Under the pieces are notes generated by a model. It saw nothing but the letters and a program-made list of their open reading frames with translations. It did not search any database and was not told where the DNA came from. Below, in pieces: positions 10,801-22,550 of a DNA stretch of 64,000 nucleotides; the first letter of the stretch is position 1; each line of letters opens with the position of its first letter. This DNA comes from an uncultured delta proteobacterium (GTDB lineage Bacteria > Myxococcota_A > Polyangia > Polyangiales > B10-G4). The stretch covers positions 288,001 through 352,000 of the forward strand of contig CAVSGI010000014.1 of assembly GCA_963727445.1 (NCBI GenBank), read 5' to 3'. The translations under genes and the position numbers were made by a program.

Positions 10801-13800
10801 CGAACGCCCTCGCGCCAGACGTGGCGGCGTACTACGCCGTGCAGTCGAAGGCGATCGAAGCCCACACCGCCTTCACCCAGGCCATGGCCCAGAGCCACAC
10901 CGCCTTCCTCGCCGCCCAGCAGCAGGCGATGCAAGCGATGGCCCAGATGCAGAGCGGCCACGTCCCGACGTTCACGCCGCAGATTGCGCCCACTCCGGTC
11001 GCACTCCCCGCATCGGTTCCCCCCCAGCAGTTGGCCCCCCAACATCCTGTGTCACCCAGCGCGTACGTTCAGTCGCCCTCGGCTCCCCAAACGCAAAGGG
11101 GGCCTGAGCCGCGCGCCAACACCGAGACCTCCCTGGTGGCGTCAGCCACCACACAGCAAAGCACTGTTCAGGAACAGATCGCGACCCCCGCGTCTCCGTC
11201 CGTGCCCGCGTCCGACGCCCCGTCGTCCGTCGATCTCCAACAGATCATGCTCGAGATCGTCGCCGACAAGACCGGCTACCCGCTCGAGATGCTCGACCTC
11301 TCGATGGACCTCGCCGGTGACCTCGGCGTGGACTCCATCAAGCGCGTCGAGATCCTCGCCTCCATGAAGGAGCGCGCCGAGGGTCTGCCCGAGGTCGATC
11401 CCGCCGAGCTCGGCAAGCTCCGCACCCTGCAGGAGATCGTCGACCGCATGCAGGCCGAATCACCCGGCGGGAACGTTCAGGGGCCCTCCGGCCACGGCCC
11501 ACAAAGGGGGCCTGAGCCGGAGCCCAACGCCGTCGGGCCGGACGTGGCGGCCGCGGCCCCTGCCGCCTCGGCGTCGGGACCCAGCCACTCCGCCGCCGAC
11601 CTCCAGGCGCTCATGCTCGAGATCGTCGCCGAAAAGACCGGCTACCCGCATCGAGATGCTCGACCTCTCCATGGACCTCGCCGGCGACCTCGGCGTCGAC
11701 TCCATCAAGCGCGTCGAGATCCTCGCCGCCATGAAGGAGCGCGCCGAGGGTCTGCCCGAGGTCGACCCCGCCGAGCTCGGCAAGCTTCGCACGCTTCAGG
11801 AGATCGTCGACCGCATGCAGGCCGAATCACCCGGCGGGAACGTTCAGGGGCCCTCCGGCCACGGCCCACAAAGGGGGCCTGAGCCGGAGCCCAACGCCGT
11901 CGGGCCGGACGTGGCGGCCGCGGCGCCTGCCGCCTCGGCGTCGGGGCCCAGCCACTCCGCGGCCGACCTCCAGGCGCTCATGCTCGAGATCGTCGCCGAA
12001 AAGACCGGCTACCCCACCGAGATGCTCGACCTCTCCATGGACCTCGACGGCGACCTCGGCGTCGACTCCATCAAGCGCGTCGAGATCCTCGCCGCCATGA
12101 AGGAGCGCGCCGAGGGCCTGCCCGAGGTCGACCCCGCCGAGCTCGGAAAGCTTCGCACGCTGCAGGAGATCGTCGACCGCATGCAGCAGGCCGAATCACT
12201 CGGTGGGAACGTTCCGGGGTCCTCCGGCCACGGCCCACAAAGGGGGCCTGAGCCGCAACCCAACTCCCAAGGGCCGGACGTGGCGCCCACCCGCTGGGCC
12301 CTGCGCCTCGCGCCCACGCCCGCGCCGGGCTTCACCCTTGCGCACCTCTTCGATGCGAAGTCGATCGCCGTCGTCGACGGCGGCTCCGGCCTCGCGCAAC
12401 GCGTCGCCGCTGCCCTCGTCTCGCGCGGGGTGGCTGCGAAGGCGGGAGCGCCCGACGCGCAGAGCGACGGCGTCGTCTTCCTCGGCGGGCTCGCCAAGCC
12501 AGGCACCATCGATGACGCGATCCGCATTCAGCGCGAAGCCTTCGAAGCCGCGAAGGCCGTCGCACCGAAGCTCGCGGACGGGGCCCCGGGCATCTTCGTG
12601 ACCGTGCAGGACACGGGCGCCGACTTCGGGCTCTCGGGCGCCAAAGACCTGCGCGCGTGGGTCGGCGGTCTGCCCGGCCTCACCAAGACCGCCGCGCAGG
12701 AGTGGCCGTCCGTCGGCTGCCGTGCCGTCGACATCGACCGGCACGAGCGCGGCGACGGCGCCGTGGCCGACGCCCTCGTCCGTGAGCTCATCCGCGGCGG
12801 CGACGCCCTCGAGGTCGCGCTGGACGCCGATGGCAAGCGCCACACCCTCGAGAGCTACGCCGCCGAGGCGACCGGCGCAGACGCCGCGCGTCACCAAGGA
12901 CTCCGTGATCGTCGCCTCGGGCGGCGCGCGCGGCGTCACCGCCGAGACGATCATCGCCCTCGCCAGGGAGACCGCCGCGAGCTTCGTGCTCCTCGGCCGC
13001 ACCGCCCTCGAAGACGAGCCGGCCGCGTGCCACAGCGCCGCGGACGACGCCGCCATCAAGAAGGCGCTCCTCGACGACGCCAAGGCCCGCGGCGAGAAGA
13101 TCAGCCCAGCGGATCTCGGCGCGCGCGCGAAGCGCATCCTCGCCGCCCGCGAGGTGCGCGCGACGCTCTCGGCCATCGAGGCCGCGGGAGGCCGGGCTCG
13201 TTACGTCGCCGCGAGCGTCACCGACGCCAGCGCCCTGGGCGCCGCCCTCGACGCGGTGCGCACCGAGTGGGGCCCCGATCACCGGCATCATCCATGGCGC
13301 CGGTCTCATCGCCGACCGCTTCATCGCGGACAAGAGCGTGGAGGACTTCACGCGCGTCTTCGACACCAAGGTACGAGGCCTGTCGGCGCTCCTCGACGCG
13401 ACGGCGAACGATCCCCTCTCGGTGCTCGTCGCCTTCTCGTCGGTCGCGGGTCGCTGCGGCAACCGCGGCCAGTGCGACTACGCGATGGCGAACGAGACCC
13501 TGAACAAGGTTCTCGACGCCGAGCAGGCTTCGCGCGGCACTTCCTTTTTCGCGCGGAGCCTCGGCTGGGGCCCGTGGGAAGGCGGCATGGTCACGCCCGC
13601 CCTCAAGCAGCACTTCCAGAGCCTCGGCGTGCCGCTGATCTCCCTCGAAGCCGGCGCGAAGATGCTGGTGGACGAGCTGATGGACGAGAGCGACTCGGTC
13701 GAGCTCGTGCTCGGCGGCGAGCCGCGGGCCGAGGCGCTGTCGGCGAACGCCGGTGGACATCGGGACTCGGCGAGCTTCGACGTGCTCATCGACCAGCGCA

Positions 13801-14580
13801 CCTTCCCCGCCATCGATCATCACCGGGTCAAGGGTCAGCCCGTGCTGCCGGTCGCCCTGGTGATCGAGCTCTTCGGCCGCGCCATCGAAGCGACCCGCCC
13901 GGACCTGGTCTTCACCGCGATCGAGGACCTCAAGGTCCTGCGCGGCGTGCCCCTCGAACACTACGAGGACGGCGGCGAGCTCCTCGGCATTCGGCTGACC
14001 CAGCTCTCCAACGGTGACGGAGTCGTCTTCCGCCTCGAGCTCGTCGACCGCAGCGGCCACCCCCGCTATACGGCGAGGGGCCTGGCCGAGCACCACGCGC
14101 CTCAGCGCAGCTCGCTTCCGGCCCCGGGCCGAAGGGCTCGCGCGCTTCGAAGGTACCGTCTACGACGGCGTCGCGCTCTTCCACGGAGACGCCTTCCAGG
14201 TGATCACCGACGCGCCCGAGGTCGGCGAGGCCGGTCTCGAAGCGATCCTCGAGGGCGGCGAGTCGCGCGGCTGGACGGGCGATGCATGGGTGACCGACCC
14301 GGCGCTCGTCGACGGCGGCCTGCAGCTCGCGCTCCTGTGGACCTGCCACGAGCTCGGGGGCGCCGCGCTGCCCACCTCCTTCGGCGCTTCCGCCGCTTCT
14401 CGCGCGGGCTCGCGCGGCGGCGAGGTGAAGGCCATCCTCACCGGCAGCGAGCGTCACGAGAGCCGCGGCGTCTCCGACGTCGTGCTCATCGACGCCAAGG
14501 GCAAGCCGGTCGCCGAGATCCTCGGCGTCGAGATGCACGTCCTGCCCGGCTCGCGCGCGGGCACCTCGGTGCGCGTCTGA
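7817..14580 (+). CDS. pfaA: PUFA synthase Pfa2 (PfaA-like): KS-MAT-ACPx3-KR-DH, broken by roughly ten frameshifts in this assembly
   Basis: KS DAACAS / HGTGT / GHTKAAAG; MAT FPGQGSQY / GHSFGE / AFHS; three LGVDSIKRVEIL ACPs; KR SGGARGV...DYAMAN; DH DHHRVKGQPVLP and DPALVDGGLQ. Confidence 0.9.
10738..12285 (+). repeat. Five in-frame copies of the ~90-nt element (10738-10826, 11053-11141, 11461-11549, 11828-11916, 12197-12285)
   Basis: Each copy is 89 nt from CAC to GTGGCG with core ACGTTC...CCTC...GGGGCCTGAGCCG, encoding roughly VQxPSxxxxQRGPEPxxN. Confidence 0.85.
11230..12285 (+). repeat. Tandem near-identical ACP+linker units (about 366 bp period, 3 ACPs)
   Basis: MLEIVA(D/E)KTGYPxEMLDLSMDLxGDLGVDSIKRVEILA occurs three times with near-identical DNA. 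Confidence 0.95.
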
Positions 14581-14593
14581 ACGTCTGTCCCAC

Positions 14594-17500
14594 ATGCGCT
14601 TCGCACCCATCGCCATCGTCGGCCGGGCGTGCCTCCTGCCCGGCGCCCACTCGCCCGAGGCGCTCTTCGCCCTGGCGCGGGAGGGCCGCGACGTGCTCTC
14701 GGATGCGCCCGCGGGGCGGTGGCGCGTGCCGGACGCGGACGTGCTCGCCGTCAGCGGACGACGCCGCGGACCGGACGTGGACGCGGCGCGGCGGCTACGT
14801 CGACGGCTTCACCTTCGACCCGTCGGGTCTGAAGCTCCCAGCCGAGGTCCTGAACGCGGTCGATCCCCTCACCCAGTGGGTGCTCGACACCGGGCGCCGC
14901 GCCCTCGCCGATGCCCGCGCTGGGCGACGACCCGACGCGCACCGGCGCGGTCCTCGGCAACCTCTCGCTCCCCTCCTCGGGTGCGGCGCGCTACGCCGAG
15001 ATGATCTGGCTGGGCGAGCTCGCCGCGAAGGTGGGCATCGGCGCGCATCCCTTCGACCGCTTCAACTCCGGACTGCCTGCCCACACCCTCGCGCAGGCGC
15101 TCGGTCTCGGCCTCGGCGGCTACGCGCTCGATGCGGCCTGCGCCTCGTCGCTCTACGCGATCGAGCTCGCCTGTCGCGCGCTGTCCACGGGCCGCGCTGA
15201 CCGCATGCTCGCCGGCGCCGTCAACCGCGCCGACGACCTCTTCCTCCACATCGGCTTCTGCGCCCTCGGCGCCATGAGCAAGACGGGGCAGAGCCGCCCC
15301 TTCCACGCGCGACGCCGACGGGCTCGTCCCCGGCGAAGGCGCGGGCTTCGTGGTGCTCGAGCGCCTCGACGACGCGCTCCGAAACGGACGCACCATCCAC
15401 GGCGTCATCCGCGGCGTCGGCCTGGCGAACGACGGCCGCGGCAAGGGCCTGCTCGCGCCGAGCGCCGCCGGACAGGAACGCTCCATGCGGCTCGCCCTCG
15501 AGATGGCGGGTCTCGTCGCCCGCCGACGTCCCCTACATCGAGTGCCACGCGACCGGGCACCCCGGTCGGCGACGCGACGGAGATCGCGTCCATGCGCGCG
15601 GTCTACGGCGAGAGCGACAAGCGCATCGGCTCCCTCAAGGGCAACGTCGGGCATCTGATCACAGCCGCGGGCGTCGCCGGGTTGATCAAGGTGATGGAGG
15701 CGCTGCGCGAGGGCGTGACGTCCCGCCGACCCCGCATCAGGACGCGCGTCTCGACGCGCTCACCGCGTCCCCCTTCGAGACGCTCGGACCGCGCCGAGCC
15801 GTGGCGCGGCCCACGCCGCGCGGGCCTGAGCGCCTTCGGCTTCGGCGGGAACGACGCCCATCTGATCGTCGAGGCCTTCGAGCCCGAGCGCGCCTTCGCA
15901 CCGGTACAGGCCGCTCTGTCGCGAGACCCCATCGTCGCAGTGGGGATCGGCGCCCGCGTCGGCGACGGCCAGTCCGCGGCGGACTTCGAGCGCTCGCTCG
16001 GCGGACGCGGCCGCGCACGCGCCGCAGACCGTGCGCTTCCCGATGAAGGAGCTCCGCTTTCCGCCCGATGATCTCAAGAAGGCGAGCGCCCAGCAGACGA
16101 TGCTCCTCGCCGCCGCGCTCGAAGCGACCCGAGGGCCTGACGCTGCCGCGCGAGACCACCGGCGTCTTCGTCGGCTACCAGTGCGACCCGGAGATCGCGC
16201 GCTGGGGCGCGCGGTGGCGCGCAGGGACGCTGGGCCGAGGCGCTCGGCGCGGGCGAGGATTGGACGCGCGCGGCGAAGGACGCCTTCGTTCCGCCCCTCG
16301 AAGCGCAGCACGTCCTCGGCACGCTCCCGAACATCCCCGCCAACCGCATCAGCTCCCAGCTCGATCTCGATGGGCCCGAGCTTCACCACGAGCGCCGAAG
16401 AGCAGAGCGGCCTTCGTGCCCTCGGCCTCGCCATCGAGGCGCTCGAGCGCGGCGACCTCGACGCCGCCCTCGTCGGCGCCGTCGACCTCTCCACCGAGCC
16501 CGTCCACGACGCGGCCCTCTGCGCCATGGGCCAGACCCCCGCGCACGGCGACGCCGCGGTGATGCTCGTGCTCGAGCGCCGCAGTGACGCCGAGCGCGAG
16601 GGCCTGCCGATCCTCGGCGAGCTCCGCCTCGGCGAGAGCGACGCCCCCGCGCTTCACCTCCGCCCTCCCCCGCGCCCACGCCGCCGCCGGCCTCGTCGAC
16701 ACCGCGGCCGCCCTGTTGCGCGCCGCCCGCGGCCAGCGGCGCCGACGGCACCCCCTGGACCGATGACGAGCGCCGCCTCGCCCTCGACGTCGACGCCCTC
16801 GGCGCCGCGCCCATGACCGTCGAAGTCCGCGCGACCGGCCCGGCGCTCCCCCCCCTGTCCGAAGCGACGAACGACGAGACCCTCGACATGCCCGCACACC
16901 TGCCCCCCGTCGCCCTCCCGCCGCTCCGAGCCGCACAGGATCAGCCGATGCAGAAGATGGCGCCCGCCCCCACCTTGCCGCCCACCACCTACGACGGCCC
17001 TGCGGCACCCCCTGAGCCGCACCCGAAGGCCGAGACCTCACTGGTGGCGCCGCCACCACACGGCTGAACGCCGTTCCGCAGTATCTCGCGACCCCACAAC
17101 CCTCCGGCCCACTCGCTCAGTTCGCCCACCACCAGGCCCAGGTCGCCGAAGCCCACACCGCCTTCATCCAGCAGCAGACGGCCCTCCACCGACAGTTCCT
17201 GGCGACGATCTTCGGCACCCCCGCGCCCACTCCCGCGCGCGTCCACACGCCCGATCCCGTTCGCATTCCCGTTCCCGTCTCCCGAGCCCGCTCGCGCTCC
17301 CGTTCACATTCCCGAGCCCGCTCGCGTTCGCGGTCCTATTCACGCTCCCGAGCCCGTTCACGAGCAGGCCGCTCCGACACGCAAGCTGAAGGCCGAATCA
17401 CCCAGTGGGATCGTTCAGTCACCCTCGGGCGAGCCATCTCAAAGGGGGCCTGAACCGCCTCCGAAGGCCGAGACGTCGGTGGTGGCGCCCCTCGCCTTCC

Positions 17501-20500
17501 GCCCCACCGGCCCCTCCTTCGATCGCGCCGCGCTCGAAATCCACGCCTCCGGCCGCATCTCCGAGATCTTCGGCACCGACTTCGAAAAGCAGGACGGCTT
17601 CGCCGTCCAGGTGCGCATGCCCGAGCCGCCGCTGCTCCTCGCCGACCGCGTGCACCGGCATCGACGCCGAGCCCGGCTCGATGAAGAAGGGCACGTGCTG
17701 GACCGAGACCGACGTGCGCGAGGACTCCTGGTACCTGCACGACGGGCACATGCCCGCCGGGATCATGGTCGAGTCCGGACAGGCCGACCTCTTCCTGATC
17801 AGCTATCTCGGCGCCGACTTCTTGAACCGCGGCGAGCGCGCCTACCGCCTGCTCGGCTGCGAGATGACATGCCACGGCGACCTGCCGAAGATCGGCGAGA
17901 CCCTCGCCTACGACATCCACGTCGACGGCCACGCCGCCCAGGGCGACGTCCGCCTCTTCTTCTTCCACTACGACTGCCACGTCCGCCGCGACGACGGCAC
18001 CACCCGCCCGGCGCTCAGCGTGCGCGGCGGCCAGGCCGGCTTCTTCACCGAGGGCGAGCTCGCCGAGTCCGACGGGATTCTGTGGAAGCCCGAGGGCCAG
18101 GAGATCGTCCAGGACGCGCGCGTCGACGCGCCCGCGGTCGCCTCTCGAAGCGCCGGCGCTTCTACGCGCGAAGCAGGTCGAGGCGTTCGCCGACGGCCGC
18201 CCCTGGGACTGCTTCGGCCAGGGCTATCTCCGCACCAAGACGCATACCCGCACGCCGCGCATCCAAGACGGACGCATGCTCTTCCTCGACACCGTCGAGC
18301 TCGATCCGAAGGGCGGGCCCTGGGGCCGCGGCTATCTCAAGCGCGGTCACCCCCATCTCCCCCGACGACTGGTACTTCGACGGCCACTTCAAGAACGACC
18401 CCTGCATGCCCGGCACGCTGATGTTCGAAGGGCTGCGTGCAGGCGATGGCCTTCTACCTGTCGGCGCTGGGCTACACCATCGACCGCGACGGCTGGCGCT
18501 TCCAGCCCATCGCCGAAACGAAGTTCGACCTTCGCTGCCGCGGCCAGGTGATCCCCGCCTCGAAGGAGCTCACCTACGAGGTCTTCGTCGAGGAGGTCCA
18601 CGACGGCCCGGTGCCCAAGCTCTACGCCGACCTGCTCTGCACCGTCGACGGCCTCGGCGCCTTCCACGCGCGCCGCTTCGGCCTCGAGCTCACGCCGAGC
18701 TGGCCGCTGACCGACCGGCCGGAGCTCATGCGCGAAGGCAAGGACGACCCGCGCGCCGCCGTCGCGTCGATCAGGACAGCGCGCCCTTCCGCTTCGACTA
18801 GCCCTCGCTCCTCGCCTGCGCCTGGGGCCAGCCCTCGACCGCCTTCGGCCCGATGTACGAGCGCTTCGACGGTCACCGCCGCACGCCGCGCCTGCCCGGC
18901 CCGCCCTACCACTTCCTGACCCGCGTCACGAAGGTCGACGGAGCGATGGGCGGCCTCGAGAGCGACAAGACCCTCGAGTTCGAGTACGACATCCCCGAGG
19001 ACGCCTGGTACTTCGAAGAGAACGGCGCGCGGGTGATGCCCTTCGCCGTGCTGCTCGAAGCCGCGCTGCAGCCCTGCGGCTGGATGGCGAGCTACGTCGG
19101 GTGCGACTCTCACGAGCGAGAACGACTTACTCTTCCGCAACCTCGACGGCAAGGGAACGATCCTCGCCGAGGTCTTCCCCGACAGCGGCACGCTGCACAC
19201 GACGGTGAAGATCAAGAACATCTCGCGCTCGAGCGGAATGATCATCGTCTCCTTCGACGTGCGCTGCCGCTTCGGCGACACCGACGTCTACCATCTCGAC
19301 ACGGTCTTCGGCTTCTTCCCCCCGGAGGCCTTCGAGGACCAGGCCGGTCTACCCACCGACGATGCCCAGCGCGCGACCTTCGACGCCGAAGGCAACGTCT
19401 CCATCGATCTCACCGCGCGCCCGCCGCGCTTCTGCGAAGGCTCGGCTCCGCCTCGCCGAGCCGATGCTCCTGATGCTCGACCGCATCACCCGCCTCGACA
19501 AGACGGGCGGCGCCGAGGGCCTCGGCGCTGCTCCGCGCCGAAAAGGACGTCGACCCGGCGAGTGGTTCTTCAAGGCGCACTTCTTCCAGGACCCGGTGCA
19601 GCCCGGCTCGCTCGGCATCGAGGCGATGCTCCAGGTGCTTCAGGCGTTCATGATCGACGCCGACATGGGTGAAGGCATCGCCCACCCGCGCTTCGAGGCC
19701 ATCGCCACCGACCTGCCCCACGTCTGGAAGTACCGCGGCCAGGTCGTGCCCGAGGCGAAGACGGTCACCACCACGCTCGAGATCGTCGAGACCGGCGCCG
19801 ATGATCGCGGGGCCTACGCCCTCGCCGACGCGTCGCTCTGGGTCGACGGGAAGCGGATCTACGAAGCTCACCGCCTCGGCATGCGCATCGTCGCTGGCGA
19901 GCCCGCGCCCGCAGAGGACGAAGAGATCCTCGATCCCGAAGAGGACACCTGGCTCGGCGATCACCGCCCGACGCACACCGCCCCCGCGCTGCCCATGATG
20001 AGCATCGTCGACCGGATGATGGCGGCGGCGCGTCGTGCGCGCCCCGACCTCGACGGCCTTCACGATCTCGAGGTCGAGCGCTGGGTCGTGGTGAACGGCC
20101 CCACGCGAACCCGCACCGTGCTGGACGGCGACGAGGTGCGCTTCGAGGTGTGGCGCGACGCGAACGATCCGCGCCTCTCCCGCTTCGAGGTCGCCGCGCG
20201 CGCCAAGCTCGGCGCGCCGACGTCGCTCGAGGAGATCGCGCCCCTCGGCAAGACGAAGCGGATCGATCCCTATGGGGGCGACCGCCTCTTTCACGGCCCC
20301 GCCTTCCACTACGTGCGCGAGCTCGAGATGGGCGAGCGCGGCGCCCGGGCAATGCTCGACGTGGACGCTGGGACGGTCCCCGCCGGCGCCATGCACCAGG
20401 GTCTCCTCGACGCGATCACTCACCTCATCCCACACGACGACCTCGCGTCCTGGTCGCCCCGCGTCGGCAAGGACGTCGTCGGCTACCCGCGCCGCCTCGA

Positions 20501-21962
20501 CATCCGCTTCTCGGGCGAGGCGCCCGCGAGCGGCGTCGCGCGCGCCGAGGCGCGCTTCGTCGGCTTCGACCAGGACGACGCGCGTTTCCCCGTCTTCCGC
20601 GCCCAGCTCCTCGCCGGCGACCGCGTCTACGCGGACCTCCGCCTCGTCGAGATCCTCATGCCCAAAGGGCCCATCGGCGCGGCCGAGCCCACCGCGCGCC
20701 ACCGCTTCCTGACCGGCGAGCCCGCCCCCGGCGTCGGCCTGTCGCGGCGACAGGGCGAGGTCACCCGCCTCGATCCGAACGACGTCGCCCTGAGCGACTG
20801 GTTCCCAGGTACCGTCGAAGCGCTCTACGGCACCCGCGCCCCCCGCGACATCGCCATCGCCGACCACCTCGCCCGCGCGCTCGACGTCCACCCGCGCCAC
20901 ATCCGCGTGGAAGGCGATCACGGCGTCGACAGCCACCGGCCGCTCACCGCGCACCCGGTGACGGTGAGCGAAAGCGGCGAGATCGAAGTTCGGAGCGCTG
21001 GCGCGCCTTTCCTCGACATCACCCCCGTCTCCCGCTTCTGGCGCGACTACTTCGCGATCGGGAGCTGGCCCGTGGAAGAGCTCTACTACGCCCTCGTCGA
21101 GCGCTTCGTCGGCGCCTTCGTCGTCGAAGATCCCGACGCCCTCGGCGCGCTCCACGGCCGAAGCGTCCTCTACCTCGGCAACCACCAGACGGGCATCGAG
21201 TCGCTCATCTTCTCGATCGTCGCCTCGGCGCTCCAGGGCGTGCCCACCCTGACCCTCGCCAAGACCGAGCACATGACGAGCTGGCTCGGGCGGCTCATCC
21301 AGCACTGCTTCACCTGGCCCGGCGCGAAGGATCCGGGCGTCATCGCCTACTTCGACCGCAGCGATCCTCAGTCGCTGGTGCGCATCGCCTCTCAGCTCGC
21401 GGACACTGCCTCAGCGAAGAGCCTGATGGTGCACGTCGAGGGCACGCGCGCGCACTCCGCACGCCACCGTGTCGAGACGATGAGCGGCATCTTCTGCGAC
21501 CTCGCCATCAATGCCGGCGTCCCCATCGTGCCGGTCCGCTTCGCGGGCGGCCTCCCAGTCGCGCCGGCCAGCGAAAAGCTCGAGTATCCCGTCGGCATGG
21601 GCCGGCAGGACTATCACCTCGGCGCCCCCATCCTCCCGCAGGAGCTCGCCGAGCTTCCGCTCAAGCCGCGCATCGCGCGCGTGGTCGACGCGATCAACGC
21701 ACTCGGTCCGGACGCGTCCACCGAGACGCCGCTGGCGGGCGATCCGGAGCTGGCCCAGGCCGCTCTGAGCCGCGTCTCGCGCACTGGCCTCGGCCTGGGT
21801 CTCGCGACGATCGTGGAGCTCCTCAATTCGCGCAACTACCTCGGCCCGCACCTCACGCGCTTCCTCAACGCCGTCGACGGCGAGCGCCGCGCGACCTCCG
21901 GCTCCTCCCCGGAGGACCGCTGGGTCGACGGCCTTCTCGCGCTCTTCCGGCCCGAAAGCTGA
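14594..21962 (+). CDS. pfaC: PUFA synthase Pfa3 (PfaC-like): KS-CLF-FabA-type DH/pseudo-DH array-extra DH-like domain-AGPAT; many frameshifts in the 5' two-thirds
   Basis: KS DAACASS / GHLITAAG; CLF-like SAEEQSG; DH motifs FDGHFKNDPCMPGTLMFEG and FKAHFFQDPVQPGSLGIEA; WLGDHRPTHTAPALP; acyltransferase motifs YLGNHQTGIES and VEGTR. Confidence 0.88.
17011..17487 (+). repeat. Two more copies of the ~90-nt element in the Pfa3 linker (partial 17011-17049; full 17399-17487), flanking a Pro-rich low-complexity tract
   Basis: CCTGAGCCGCACCCGAAGGCCGAGACCTCACTGGTGGCG and CACCCAGTGGGATCGTTCAGTCACCCTCGGG...CAAAGGGGGCCTGAACCG...GTGGCG. Confidence 0.8.
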
Positions 21963-21971
21963 ACCGGCGCG

Positions 21972-22550
21972 TCAGCCGTTCGGCCGAAGCCTCCGCATCC
22001 ACGACTCGCCGGGGCGCTCGTCGCGCGCCTCGCCGATCCGCACCTTCGAGAGCGTCATCGACGTCGGCTCGCTCGGGCTGAGCTCGAGCTCCGAGAGCTC
22101 GGCAGAAAGGGTGACCACGCAACGCCCGTGCGACGCGCAGCGCCCCTGGAGCTCGCGGTACTCCCGGGCGCCGAGCGCGAGGCGCGGCATCCACCCCTGG
22201 ACAAGGCGCTCGCCCAGGCGCGCGTGGTCGAAAGGAAGCACCGCGCAGCGATCCGGCGCGGTGCAGAAAGGAGCGACGTAGCGAACCTCCCAGGAGATCT
22301 CGCGACCGACGTAGCGCTCGCGGGTGGCGACGAGGGCCAGGTCGTCGCCGGACTCGGCGAAGCTCTCGCGGGCATCGACGATGGCGTGCGCGAGCTCGAC
22401 GGGATCGATCGGGGGCGCCGTTTCGACTTCCTCGCGCTCGATCACGCGCGACAGCTCCGGCACACCCTGCCCCGCCGCGAGCCAGGCCGCCGACGAGAAA
22501 GATGCAGCGAAGACCGCCGTCAGGTAGAGCGCCATGCGCGGGCGGGTCAT
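21972..22550 (-). CDS. Exported hypothetical protein, last gene of the DUF4331 operon
   Basis: N-terminal hydrophobic signal, four Cys, start overlaps the TPR gene stop (ATGA). Confidence 0.7.
   Translation of the reverse strand: MTRPRMALYLTAVFAASFSSAAWLAAGQGVPELSRVIEREEVETAPPIDPVELAHAIVDARESFAESGDDLALVATRERYVGREISWEVRYVAPFCTAPDRCAVLPFDHARLGERLVQGWMPRLALGAREYRELQGRCASHGRCVVTLSAELSELELSPSEPTSMTLSKVRIGEARDERPGESWMRRLRPNG

Noticed and set aside
10738..12285. The 89-nt repeats read as a CRISPR array or a known riboswitch (some likeness to c-di-GMP-I ACGCAAAG...CCTGAG...GGTGGCG)
   Set aside because: The intervening sequences are ACP coding sequence, the repeats are too long and variable, and there are no cas genes. 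The GEMM P1/GNRA elements are not conserved across copies.
7817..21962. Programmed frameshifting in the pfa genes
   Set aside because: There are too many shifts, with no consistent slippery sites; sequencing error is simpler.
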